Source: Callorhinchus milii
Taxonomy: Eukaryota
Length of the DNA stretch: 64,000 nt
Reading direction: 5' to 3'
Assembly (NCBI RefSeq): GCF_018977255.1
Contig: NW_024704743.1
Location: 43,588,001-43,652,000 of the forward strand
In this document: positions 1-11,392 of the stretch, piece by piece
Numbering within the stretch: position 1 is the first letter of the stretch
Layout of the letters: every line of letters begins with the position of its first letter
The notes under the pieces: model-generated
The model's database searches: none
What the model saw: only the letters and a program-made list of their open reading frames with translations
Told to the model about the DNA's origin: nothing
Translations under genes and position numbers: made by a program

Positions 1-862
1 CATAGAACACTCAGCCGAAGCCAGGTGGCGTGAACAAGATGGCAGTGGTAAGGTGGAAGTTGCCCGGAGCGGCGTTGCCGTTTGGCTGCTTTTCCTGCTG
101 CTCATGGATGGCCCTGGGCTGGGTGGCGCCATGTCGGAGATGGGCTGGTGGTGGGTGACGATTGGCTCAATGAGGCCGTGGGGTTTCCAGCTTCCTCCGT
201 GCCATGGCCTGGCAGCGACTAGCCAGGGAGGGTGAAGCCTGGGGCTCAAGTTGGGGCCTCAGCGGGGGCTGGGGTTTAGCCCCTCCTCCTTTCCCTCTCC
301 TTATGTATATAATTCCAGTGATCCACCAGATGCCAAATTCAGGTCCCCGAAAGTTGTGGGACCATTGTGCACGATATAGCAGAGCTCAAAACCAAAGCTT
401 TCCCGAACAGCTACACAAATCTACATTTCATATTGGATCCTTTGGTTGCAAGCGTAGCTGCAACGGGTGGGTACAGCTAGTCTCCTATAAGCTGAAAACA
501 GTAGGCTCAGGTTTCCTTTTGGCACATCACTGCAAACTGATTAAAGTTTGCTTAAAGCTTGATTTACTTTGAGACATTCTCGCCTGATACACTGTGCTAG
601 CCTATCACCGCCATGCCCGTTGGGCTCAATTGGCTCCCCAACTTTTGATGGGATCAAATTCAAGATCCTTCCTTCCACAGTCACACTCCACCCTACCTCT
701 GTGACCTCCTTCAATCCCCAGCTACTCTCTTCGCTCAGTGAACACCAGCATGCTTCATGTCGCCAGGCTTATTTGCCCCACCATTGACTGGCATTATTCT
801 GCCCTCTCTCTGCAACTCCATCCTCTGACTCGGTGTCTTTCTCCTCTCATTCAAGGCCATCT

Positions 863-1007
863 CGTCAGGAGGACGTCCCAAAGCGCTTCACAGAACATAC
901 TGTAAAGTGAATTGACTGTATATTTGTGGGCGAACGCGGCAGCCAATTGCGCACAGCAATGTCCCACAAACAGTCGTAGATTGAAAATGATTCATTTATT
1001 ATTGTTT
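863..1007 (-). repeat. 145-bp inverted copy of the 3' half of the adjacent SINE
   Basis: Reads as the exact reverse complement of 1189-1333, including variants not seen in the other young copies in the window. Confidence 0.95.
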
Positions 1008-1054
1008 GCCCGTTGGGCTCATTATTATTTATTATTATTTATTATTGACTCCAT

Positions 1055-1371
1055 GTGGAGTCCTGTAGCTCAGTGGTTAGAGCACTCGCTTTGCAAGTGA
1101 GAGACCTGAGTTCAATTCCAGGCAGAGGGCGAAACCTTGGGCAAGTTTCCTTACTCCACACAGAGCCTAATAATCCCTCCAAAACCAAAAACAATAATAA
1201 ATGAATCATTTTCAATCTACGACTGTTTGTGGGACATTGCTGTGCGCAATTGGCTGCCGCGTTCGCCCACAAATATACAGTCAATTCACTTTACAGTATG
1301 TTCTGTGAAGCGCTTTGGGACGTCCTCCTGACGTGAAAAGCGCTATATCAAATGCAAGGATTATTATTATT
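1055..1371 (+). mobile_element. Young full-length tRNA-Ala-derived SINE with L2-type 3' end and (TTA)n tail (subfamily A)
   Basis: Head GGAGTCCTGTAGCTCAGTGGTTAGAGCACTCGCTTTGCAAG with A box, TGC anticodon-like loop and B box GTTCAATTCC. 3' hairpin ACGTC-CTCCT-GACGT. Near-identical to 11788-12106 and 46972-47283. Confidence 0.95.
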
Positions 1372-1832
1372 ATCTCAACAAACCTCGTTGACTGCACTTT
1401 CAGTCACCTTTCCCATCCCCAGACCCTTCAGCTGCCATCCCAGCATGGGTGCCCAGCCAACGGTATTAGGTGCTTTCATACTTCCTCCCAATGTGAAAAG
1501 TGCTATATAAATGTAAACTATTATATTATAATTGGGGTTGTCAAACAAAGTGTTTATTAATGAACTTCTTTATAATATCTGAACTTTACAGCTCTGGGAA
1601 TGAGAAATTGCATCACTTCTGTTATGCTTTGAAACCATTGGTTACGGGTGTCCTGGGAAGTCCTGAACAGTCTTTTTCAGGGTTATTTTCCACTAGTCAT
1701 TTAATTTACTGATGAGTCGTTCGTGCAGATTTCTCTCTGTGGCATCATAAGTGTAGTGGATGGGGTACAACCCATTGTCCTAATTCATTGTAATGTCCTG
1801 GTGAGATCAATACCCAATCAGACCAATACTAA

Positions 1833-2182
1833 ATCATAATATTCTTATCTTTGATATAGTGCCTATCATGTCAGGACGTCTTAAAACGCATTACAGGATA
1901 TACTGTAAAATGTAATGATGGTGTGTTTTGTAGGTGAATGCACAACAATAAAGTGAATGGGGTGTTTTATTTGCCACGACACTGAGACAAACTCTTACAC
2001 TTTCCCAATAGTGTTATAGGATCTTTAACATCTACCAGAACAGATACAAAACAGGACCCTGGTTTAGTGTAACACCCGACGGATGCCACCTTCAACAATG
2101 CAGTGCAATTGCAGCACGGAACTTAAATCTACATCCTTCTGACCCAGAGGCAAGCGTGCCAGCAACTGAGCCAAGCTGGCAC
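1833..2182 (-). mobile_element. Old DeuSINE/SacSINE1-like SINE
   Basis: Tail 'ttgatatagtgcctatcatgtc'; body 'ggatctttaacatctaccagaacag...ggatgccaccttcaacaatgcag'; head 'cttctgacccagaggcaag...aactgagcca'. Confidence 0.7.
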
Positions 2183-2916
2183 ACTGAGACGGACTTTGGC
2201 AGCATATACCATGTCAAGGAACTGAAATGTCATGGACATCAACATGTGTTTTGGTCAGCTGGGTGTCTGACACATGCGGAAACCCATCACCGTACTTAAA
2301 AGTATCCATACCAAATTGAGAATTCGATGCATCCCACCTAAACATGGAAATCACAGAGATATATGTTGCAATGGAATGCACCCTCTCTTTCTGGAGGGAA
2401 GCATCCTGCTTTCCTAATTTCAGAAAGTAATTATGCACAGATTGGCAACAGTCAAGGCTGGATCCCCAGAACATGCGCTGCACTGTGGTTGTGCTGGAAT
2501 ATAATCAGCTAAATCTGCACAACTTGCCATTGAGAGCACTGTCTGACAAGCTTCTCATTAGAGCTAACCATTAAGGCTTTGGTTTGAAAGATTAATGGGA
2601 GCAGAGTGGGAAGGAACCTTGCCCCTAACAGCAATAACAATCGAAGCAGGATTTACAGGGGGCATTTGGGTTGAGTTGGAAAATGATCTGGAACCTCCAA
2701 ACCATATATAAGTCCAGTGCCAACAAGTATACAAAAATATCCAGTAGGTACTGAGGTTTCCCTCAGTCAAGCAGCTCCAGATCAATTCTCCAATTGGCCT
2801 AAAACACTCATTTATCGTAAACACAATGAAGTCATAATGTGGCTTGTGCAGTTGCATGTGAATCCCAGGTGCAATATTAAACCAAGGATTAGCTAATTTT
2901 GGGCAAGAGCCGAGCA

Positions 2917-3232
2917 ATTATAGTAATATGATTCTTGCATTTGATATAGCAATTTTCACATCTTCTCGACGTCTCAAAGCGCTTCACAGAATATGCTGTA
3001 AAGTGAATTGACCGTATATTTGTAGGCGAAACGCGGCAGCCAATTGCGCACAGCAGTGACCCACAAACAGTCGTGGATTGAAAATGACCAATTTATTATT
3101 GTTTTGTTTTGGAGGGATTATTATTAGGCGTGTGAGTAAGGAAACTTGCCCAAGGTTTCGCCCTGCCTGGAATTGAAGCCAGGTGTCTCGCTTGCAAGGC
3201 GAGTGCTCTAACCACTGAGCTATAGGACTCCA
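2917..3232 (-). mobile_element. Full-length tRNA-Ala-derived SINE (subfamily B, purine-rich hairpin loop)
   Basis: Same head and body as 1055-1371; 3' hairpin reads ACGTC-GAGAA-GATGT on the SINE strand. Confidence 0.92.
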
Positions 3233-3861
3233 ATTGAAGTGTGATTTTTGACTATTTCTGGTTTGCATTATTTTGGAATAAAAAAGATACCCTCCAGATG
3301 TTGCATTCCTCTTTACTAAAGAAATAATACTTGCTGACTTGCAGGGAATTGCAAATTGCAGTGTGGAGTTCACAAGGTAATGAGAGAGATTTAAATGAAG
3401 AAGGACCTTGGCCTATTTGAACTCCTATCCTACCATCCTCCATTATAACATCAAGCTATTGTTAGCCATTGCATGTCTATAATTGTTATGATGTATCCAA
3501 ACAAGATGATACTTTTATTTAGAACTTCAATCTTGCGCAGAGTCAATTTTTAACCTTCCAAAGCCCAGATGGCTGGATACCACGAGTACATAAAATAAAA
3601 GCTGTGCAGATTTCCAGGCGTGACCAACTGAGGACATGAGAGGTTAAATTGCTTTCCACAACCCAAGGGGATATTATTTTGCACACAAGCATCTGTGTGA
3701 TGCTGCCAATAGTAGTATCTCCTCTTTGATGCATACATAATATTATTATTATAGATGAGAGAGAAGAGAATAGAGGGTTACAGGAGAGAGGAATAAGGGG
3801 TGGAAAATCTTGTGGAGCATCAACACCGCATAAACTGGTTGGGTTGAATGGGCTGTTTCTG

Positions 3862-3977
3862 TGCTAAGTAAACAGAGGCATCTGGAGTAAGGAAACATGC
3901 AATGTTTCGCCCTGCCCGGGAATCGAACCCAGGTCCTCTTGCTTGCAGGTAAGTGCTTTAACCACTAAGCTACAGGA
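3862..3977 (-). mobile_element. SINE 5' part (tRNA head plus 'cctctgtttac' segment)
   Basis: 'ggaatcgaacccagg...accactaagctacagg' is the reverse complement of the B and A boxes. Similar head-only pieces lie at ~36650-36760 and ~62986-63092. Confidence 0.75.
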
Positions 3978-5802
3978 AACAATAGCATAGTGAACTGCGC
4001 CTAGTTAACAACTCAGTGTAAGCTAACATAAAGTTAAGGATGAAGTTTGCAGCATTCCTTAACACATTTCTTGTGGTAATTAACACAAGAAATTATTATG
4101 GAAAAACAATAAACTTTACACTTAGAGCTACCCAGCTAGCATTGTTAAGCACTTTGACACATCCTCCCAATATGAAAGGTGCAATATAAATGTAAATTTG
4201 TATTCTGTTGTAAATAGTAATGATCATATTCCCCAAATCTATTAACCATCCTTTAAAACTCTATTTTCTCTGTTTATGCGACATTACACTTCCAACTGTC
4301 TATTTTGCTGAGTGTCTTCTATATTTAATAGCTTCTGCACACTTACAAAGCACCAAGAACTCAAGGGAGTCATTTAAAGCCTGATACACTACAGGGCTAT
4401 CATATTTACTGTTCGAATAACATAATGGTTGTAACATTCGTTTTTCTCTTAGATTCTTTATTCAGGGCTGCCTTGTGCTATTTCTTTTTGCTCCATCTGT
4501 GATCACTATTGGTAGTTATGACCAGAAAGATTAATCAGAAACACGGGAGCCAGCTGCTGAATGAGGAATGTTGTGACCTGTAATTCAATAGCCAAATATT
4601 ATTACTTTATTGTTCATTTTTTGTTCATGATCCAAAGGCCTATTTATTTCATGAACATTTTCTACCGTGTTTTGTTCAATGGGCTATTCCAATAATCCTT
4701 GATATCACAGTCACAGCTTTCCAGTGAATAGAATTGAACCAGTTATTTGAGGCTATTTAAATTACCAGAATATCAGTGAGAACCCAAGCATTTATTTTGC
4801 CAAGTGGAAGTTCAAGAGTTTCCAAGAGACCATTGTTTAATAGTACCAAAGAGCTTGTTCTGTCTCTTCAATAAGATTAAAAAAACAAATACTGTAAATA
4901 TGAATTCTGCACATGAATGGAGCTCTTAGCTCTGGCCAATGCAACTAAGAATGAAAACTATAAATCCTCTTCTCCACTCCTAATCGTTTTACGGCTGAAA
5001 GTGATATAAACAATGCATTACAATAAGATTTCAATTTTTCTCCCTGGACTCTATTTCTCCTCAATGGGTTGTCTGATGTCAGAGTTTGGCTCTATGGACC
5101 AACAGTTCTCCATTGCCTGAGTCAAGTGCCAATTCTTTACGTACAAGTTTAAACAGCGAGTGTCAGAAGGCCTTTCAAATGGTACACCAGGGGAGCGCAA
5201 TATCACAGCCAAACCAAATATTGTCCTCAGCTGATATCCCCACAGACACCTACTATGCCACTGATAACATTAAGAAGCAAGAACACTGGCTGTTATTTTT
5301 CTTTCCTAATTCAACAGCAACAACAACTTTGTTTAGCGCCATTCGCATGAGTAGGGTCTAGGAGCACTTAACAACGATGTGGTTTGACTGTGAGCTGGAA
5401 GGAGAAGGGAGGTGACCCAAAGCACAGTTGAATTCTTCAGATGTGATTTGAAGATGGGCAAAGAGGGGGCAAGGAGAACGATTGAGGCAAGGAGTTCCAG
5501 AGATTTGGTGCATGGTTGATAGTGCAAGCACTATGTGCTAATAATCAAGATTATTCTGAGACATTATTGCCCTTCCTGAGGTTCATGAATGGCTTAGACT
5601 TGGAATCTTTCTGGTGTGTGTGGCTCAGTACCACATGCTTTATACACAAAGCATTTACCCGCAGACCATCAGGGGAACTACTGGTAGAAAGCTCTGCATG
5701 GATACTCCCTGATCTCCAAATGAGATAAAACATCCAAATATTTCTCCATTAGCACCTTTTCAATATTCAACCTAATCTTTTTGCCTGCACAGATGACATA
5801 TC

Positions 5803-6102
5803 AGGGTCAAATTTACGATATTTGTAAAATAAGTTGGAAGCCGTAATTGTGGCTTTTGTTTTAATTTAGGGTAAAATAGGTAATTGCGATCTCCAAACAT
5901 TATCAACAACAAACAACAACAAATTACATTTGTATAGCACCTTTCGTGTCAGGAGCAAATGAGATGGGTGTTTTATTATTGTTTTCTTTTCCACTTTACC
6001 TTTTGGAAATCACAAACACCCATTTGGAGAATATCACAAATTAACAGAAGTCACAATTTGGGCTTCCCATCCTTTTTGGGGAATATCACACAAGAGACCT
6101 CA
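5803..6102. mobile_element. Degenerate palindromic MITE-like element with a short L2 tail inserted (~5905-5955)
   Basis: 5834-5860 'ttggaagccgtaattgtggcttttgtt' is an imperfect inverted repeat of 6043-6069. Confidence 0.45.
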
Positions 6103-6956
6103 ATGTCCCTTTAAGTTTATGTTCATCTCAGTCTGCACCTATTCCGAAGCACCTTGCGGTCTTCATCCTACTTGAAAGGTTCTATTATAAGTGTAAGTCA
6201 TTATTCTCACGTGCTCAAACTCGGGAGTTTGTTCCACTATGGCAAGATAAAGAACATTTAATCTTTAGTCTTATATGAGGATTATCGATTTAAACATTAC
6301 ATCTTCTCATTCCATGTGATCTAAATCAAATATAGTAGACACGATCGAATTACTGGGAGTGTATTCTCACTCTCCCTCACCACCACCCCAATCGAAACGC
6401 TGACTTAGAGTAGACCAACAGACTCTGAGTGCAGCTGCCCCTTTACATCTGTGGCACAGAATTGAAATGCAGTCCAGACAGATGGGATGCAAACACTCTC
6501 TCAGGATTAGATAGAATCAAGTCACTTCCTAATGCTTTCAGACCCACTATACAGAACAGCTCACAATACTGGCACTAAATTGTCAGACTCACTCTGAAAA
6601 TCCAGAATGATATCTGGAAATGGGCTCAGAGAATAAGAGAGAACTTCACTTTGCATCTAGTTGTACCAAAACTGATCTGGTAGCATTTGATGCTGACACA
6701 TGATTTTGTTTCCTATTTGTATTACTTTCCACAACATTTTAAGCCAAGAGGCATATTAGTCAGATAGCATCATGCTGCAGAATCAGAATTTATTACTGAG
6801 GTGCAGTTAGTATGAAATAAGTTCCCATGACCATGTGTGCAGTGAATGAACCCATCTCAGTCACAATGCCTAGCTCAGTCGGTAGCAATTTAGCATTAAG
6901 TGTCACTGGCTCAGATGATAGCATTCTCACCTCTGAGTAAGATGTTTGTGAGTTCA

Positions 6957-7395
6957 TCAACAACAACCTGCACTTATATAGCGCCCCAACACAGAGTAAC
7001 ATCTCAGCATGACAGTGGCTGAGTCTGACCCGAGCCAGTGGGTGGGGAGTGGTGACTGTAGGCATGGTTGAAGATGAAGGGCTTCAGGCGCGACCTGCTG
7101 ATGGAAAGGAGGGGACAAGGCGGAGGTATTGAAGGAGAGTGTTCCACAGTTTTAGGGTGTAGTGTCTGAAAAGAACGGCTGCCGATGATGGAATGGAGAG
7201 CACTAGGGACAAACAGGAGACCAGAGTCAGTCAATCAGAAGTGACGTGTAGTGGATTGGGGAGTAAGCAGGTCAGAGAGGTAGGAAGATGCTGGGGCTTT
7301 AAGCTGAGTGTGAGGATCTTGAAATCGATCCATTCATTGATAGGGAGCCAGTGGAGCCTGGCAAGGATTGGTGCGCAGGGGGTATGGAGTTTAGT
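6957..7395 (-). mobile_element. L2 LINE 3' fragment
   Basis: Tail 'caacaacctgcacttatatagcgccc'; minus strand encodes a degenerate LHWLP..IDFKIL motif. Confidence 0.7.
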
Positions 7396-7489
7396 GCTAG
7401 GAACGTCCTCCCGACGTGAAAGGCACTATACAAATATAATCTTGTTATTGTTGTTGTATTGCGGGTGATTATTCGGTGTCACATTGGAC

Positions 7490-7845
7490 GTTGAACTCAC
7501 ATAGTCTAGGTTAACACTCCAATGCAATGCTGGGGGTGTGGGTATTGTTGGTGATGCCATCCTTTGAATGAGTCATTAAACCGCGATTCTGATTGTTTAT
7601 TCAGATAGGCATTAAGATCCCATGGCACTACTCAAAAACAGAAGGGAGCTTCTCCTGGTTTCCTGGCCAACCATCCCCCAGATAAAACTGGTCACTCACT
7701 TCATGGCTGTTTGTGAGATATTGCTGTGTCCAAATTGGCTGCCATGCTTGCCTACGAAATACAGTCACTACACTTTACCGTATATCCTGTGAAGTGCTTT
7801 GAAACAAATGCCTCCATAAAATATATCAAATGCAAGGATTATTTT
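7490..7845 (+). mobile_element. Old DeuSINE/SacSINE1-like SINE
   Basis: 'gttggtgatgccatcctttg...attaagatcccatggcacta...tcctggccaa...ttgctgtgtccaaattggctgcc' followed by tail 'atcaaatgcaaggatt'. Confidence 0.75.
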
Positions 7846-8449
7846 AAGATCCAGTCATCACTTTGACCCAAAGTTAGTAAAAAGCCCCAAAATACATGTA
7901 AAATACATGTTCTAAAGAAAGTGCAAACTTGCATAGATTTGTGCCAAGTTTTTGAGTTGATACACCAAAATTACACGGCAGTATTATCGGGAAAATCACC
8001 TTGTGTAACATGGCAGTTTCTGCTGCAGTTACTACTCCTGCAGTTACTGATTTTTTAAAATGTAAAAGCAATCGCAAAATGCTGACCCATTTTTTGACGT
8101 GGAGTGCCAGGGCTAAATGCTCTGACTCTAAAGAAATAAAATACATCTTGCAGTATGTGGGCAGCACATCAGGTCCACTTTGCAGTCTTTTTTGCAGTGA
8201 GAACTGGAGCTCAATGAAAATGCTACAATGCAGTCAGTTTGGGGGAGGCACAAATACAGTACAGTACAGGTTCATATGTTGCCTTTGGTGTCGGGAGGAC
8301 ATTTCAAAGCACTTAAGGAACAGGAAAAGGAACAGAACAGCAAATGCACCAAAACATAATCTGTATTGGGAATTCGAACTGCCTAAAAAATACTCGCTGC
8401 TGCATGATAGAGAATTTTGACCAAGCAATGCATAGTCAGGTGACATCAA

Positions 8450-8590
8450 TTGTGCACAATTGGCTGCCGTGCTTCGCACAAAATACAGAGTCACTCCACT
8501 TTACAGTATATTCTGTGAAGCGCGTTGAGAAGTCTCGAAGACTTGATAAGGCGCTATATCAAATGCAAGGATTATTATTAGTAGTAGTCT
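8450..8590 (+). mobile_element. SINE 3' fragment
   Basis: 'gtgcacaattggctgccg...gcgctatatcaaatgcaaggattattatta'. Confidence 0.8.
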
Positions 8591-11392
8591 CATAGTGAGT
8601 ATCCGTGTCATTGAACTGATTATAAGATTATACTATTGGAATAAGCAGTTCAGTTCTCTTATCTTTCCTGGAAAGAGACATGATTTTTCCAACACATTTC
8701 AAATCTGAAAGCATATTATTACAATAGCAGACTCTTTCTTATTTGCACTTGAAATAGATTTAAGAGCGTACTTTTGCATGAATAGGTGCAGAAGAGTTAA
8801 TGCATTTTTGAAATCACTGATACCGGCACTGTCAGCTGTCACATCTATTTTCCTACTGATTCCTTAGCAGCTCATATCAGATGTGATATTGAATCATGTG
8901 AAATTGTAGCTCTGTCTTTAAAATACCTGGAAACAGCTAACAAGAGTGTGTGATGTGCAGCGATACTCTGGGGAGAGCTATTTTTGGAGCAGAATTAAAA
9001 ATAAATTCTTTGGCAGGCAGCACATATGTGGTGTATATCAAATGGTCTTTAACTACTTATCAACAATCCTTTATTATTTTAAAATACATCTGACACTGAT
9101 GCTAATTTGAACTCAGTTACATCATAGTAAAGTTAACAAACACAAGCTGGATTACTGTTTGTTTATTTATAGACAGTGCCCAACAGTGTGGTGAATTCCC
9201 TTGTTTGTCCCATCACTCAGGAAGACCTAAGAACTTAAAGCTTGGCTATAAAACTCTACCCCCTACCACACCTTGTATAATGAATGGGCTGTCCACACAA
9301 CAGGTGTTGTGTACGATGTACGATCACATAATTTAAGATATTGTTTATTTTATTGGGTGTAATTGTCAGCATGGTAATGTTTCATATGTTACATGAGATG
9401 TATCATGCTTCTCCCCAGATATAACAATCTGGCCTAATGAAAACTCTCTTGGTAGGAATGAAATACTGATCTTCAGTCAAGTTTTGCCACCAAACACTAC
9501 TTAATTCCTGTTTAAGTCATGATAATCATGTCAATATTTAACTCCATAACTTCATATAATATTTCTTTACAAAAAATACATTCTTAAATTCACCCCTTCA
9601 TGCACTTGAGAAAGACACACTGCTCAGAATTCATTAGGTCTGTATTGCGGCTCTGTCAAGGGATCATCAAACATTGCAATATAGGCAGGGGTCAGCCAGT
9701 ATTTTCGGTTCCTATGTTCCACAGTTTGATAAATTTCATATCTGCATCCTGATAATAGATTCGAAAATGCAGCATTTGCATACCAGAAGTTTCTGTGCCA
9801 TTAGCGACTTGAATTCGCAGTTACAATTGCTGGATGGATTCTTTATTGAATTCACCAGAAAACCAAGCAAAAAAAAGAGAAACAAATCATAGTCCTAAAG
9901 TTCAACCAGCTAAAACTGTAAAGCTTGCTATTGAGATCATAGACTGGCAAGCTTCCTACTAACTGGAGCTGAGTGGGCAGAATCCCTGCCCCAGCGACCA
10001 TCTCTCCATACAAATCCTTCCAAGGAACCAGGCTGGCTTGCGTGTCATTAGCAATTCTTTGGAGTACAACAGACATGCCTGGCTCAGAAACTAGATCACG
10101 ACACAGGAATGACTCAACTGTGACATTCCATTGTCCAGCACATCGCCTTGGAGCCAACTCAGCCCAAGGAGACCCAGTTACCATCCCCTCCATAAAAATG
10201 AGAAAGCTGAAATGCATTATATCCATGCACCATCTTGAAGTCCAAGGTGCACTTGCATCAGAGCTGAGGGTTCATGAGTCAGTGTGCCGTACACAGGATT
10301 CCTTGAATGAGGTGCAATTGATGTTACAAGGTACTATTATTATTATTACTATTCCTTCAGCAAAAACCCAGGAACACTACCATTTTCAAGAGGCATGTTT
10401 TTAGAACCGGTTAAGTAAAGGCCCTAAAAGGTACGGTGGTCTTAGCTGGAAAAGCAGTGGGAAACTTGCCAGTGATTTTATTTGCAAGCTATGTGGTTTT
10501 AATTGGTTAAACATCAGCATTGTTCCAGTGGCTTTTGCCAACCTGCACCTAATACTCTCCAGAATTAGGTAAGCAGGATGTGTCACTCCAGGGAGAGAAT
10601 GCGCATTTGATTTCAGACACAGGGAAATTTCCATTTGTAGCTGGCATACATAAGTAGACATTTCAGTTTGATTTGCATTCTGTAAAGCATGGTGATGGGT
10701 TATTGCAAGTGTCAAACATGAAGCCGGCCAAATAAAATTAACGTGTGACTGTCCTACTACTTTGCTGCACTGACAATCATGTATCTACATGTGTCAAATT
10801 CCCACTGACCAAAAATAAATTGAGTGCCATAGCCAGTGAGTCTGTCTTTGTTCACACCCCAATCAGGGGATTCTGATCTGGCTCAAACGTGGGGATCCAA
10901 CATGGGATTTAAATTTAGGAATTCCTAAAGATTGAATGCCAATTTTTTGGAAGCAATTACCCCTCCCGTTCCAACAACCACAAAGCCTTGTTTACAATGG
11001 CATCCAGAATGGAATCTGCACCATCTCCCAGAGGGCCCCCCCCCTGCTTTTTTAATCCCAGAAAGTATTAGACACAGTTGACAAGAGCAACCCAAAGTAT
11101 GCCGGAGATTATGTTGGAATTTAACCAGCTAATACTGTGCAGTTTGCCAATTATGTCACCAAATCCACATTTTCATCCTTAACTTTAACACACAAAATCT
11201 CCTCTCAAGTAAGTTTCAGACAAGGTATTTTGGTGTGATACTGTATTTCAGCCCAGTTACTCTCCCCTCTCCCAAAACATCACTTGAACTTTAATGCAAA
11301 TCTATATACATTTAACCTGCTTTAAAGGGCTTGTAGGATATCCCATGGTGTTTATTAAAGATAAAATTTCATTGATTAGGTTGATGTCACAA

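Larger units (their letters stand above)
620..1531 (+). mobile_element. Old L2 LINE 3' fragment, interrupted by a composite SINE insertion at 864-1371
   Basis: Degenerate L2 RT C-terminus (IKFKIL at ~655) and 3' UTR 'tcaaggccatct|caacaaacctcgttgactgcactttc'. L2-type tail 'tgtgaaaagtgctatataaatgtaaactatt' at ~1492-1525. Confidence 0.65.

Noticed and set aside
1055..1130. tRNA-Ala(TGC) gene, and similar heads at 11788, 47283 and 54735
   Set aside because: The acceptor stem is not formed, and each continues into a SINE body and tail.
912..1331. Repeated small ORFs (MTVYLWANAAANC..., MGKFPYST...) as a peptide family
   Set aside because: Chance translations of SINE copies, several with non-ATG starts.
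9016..9027. U6 snRNA-like GGCAGCACATAT
   Set aside because: Only 12 nt match and the flanks diverge from U6.
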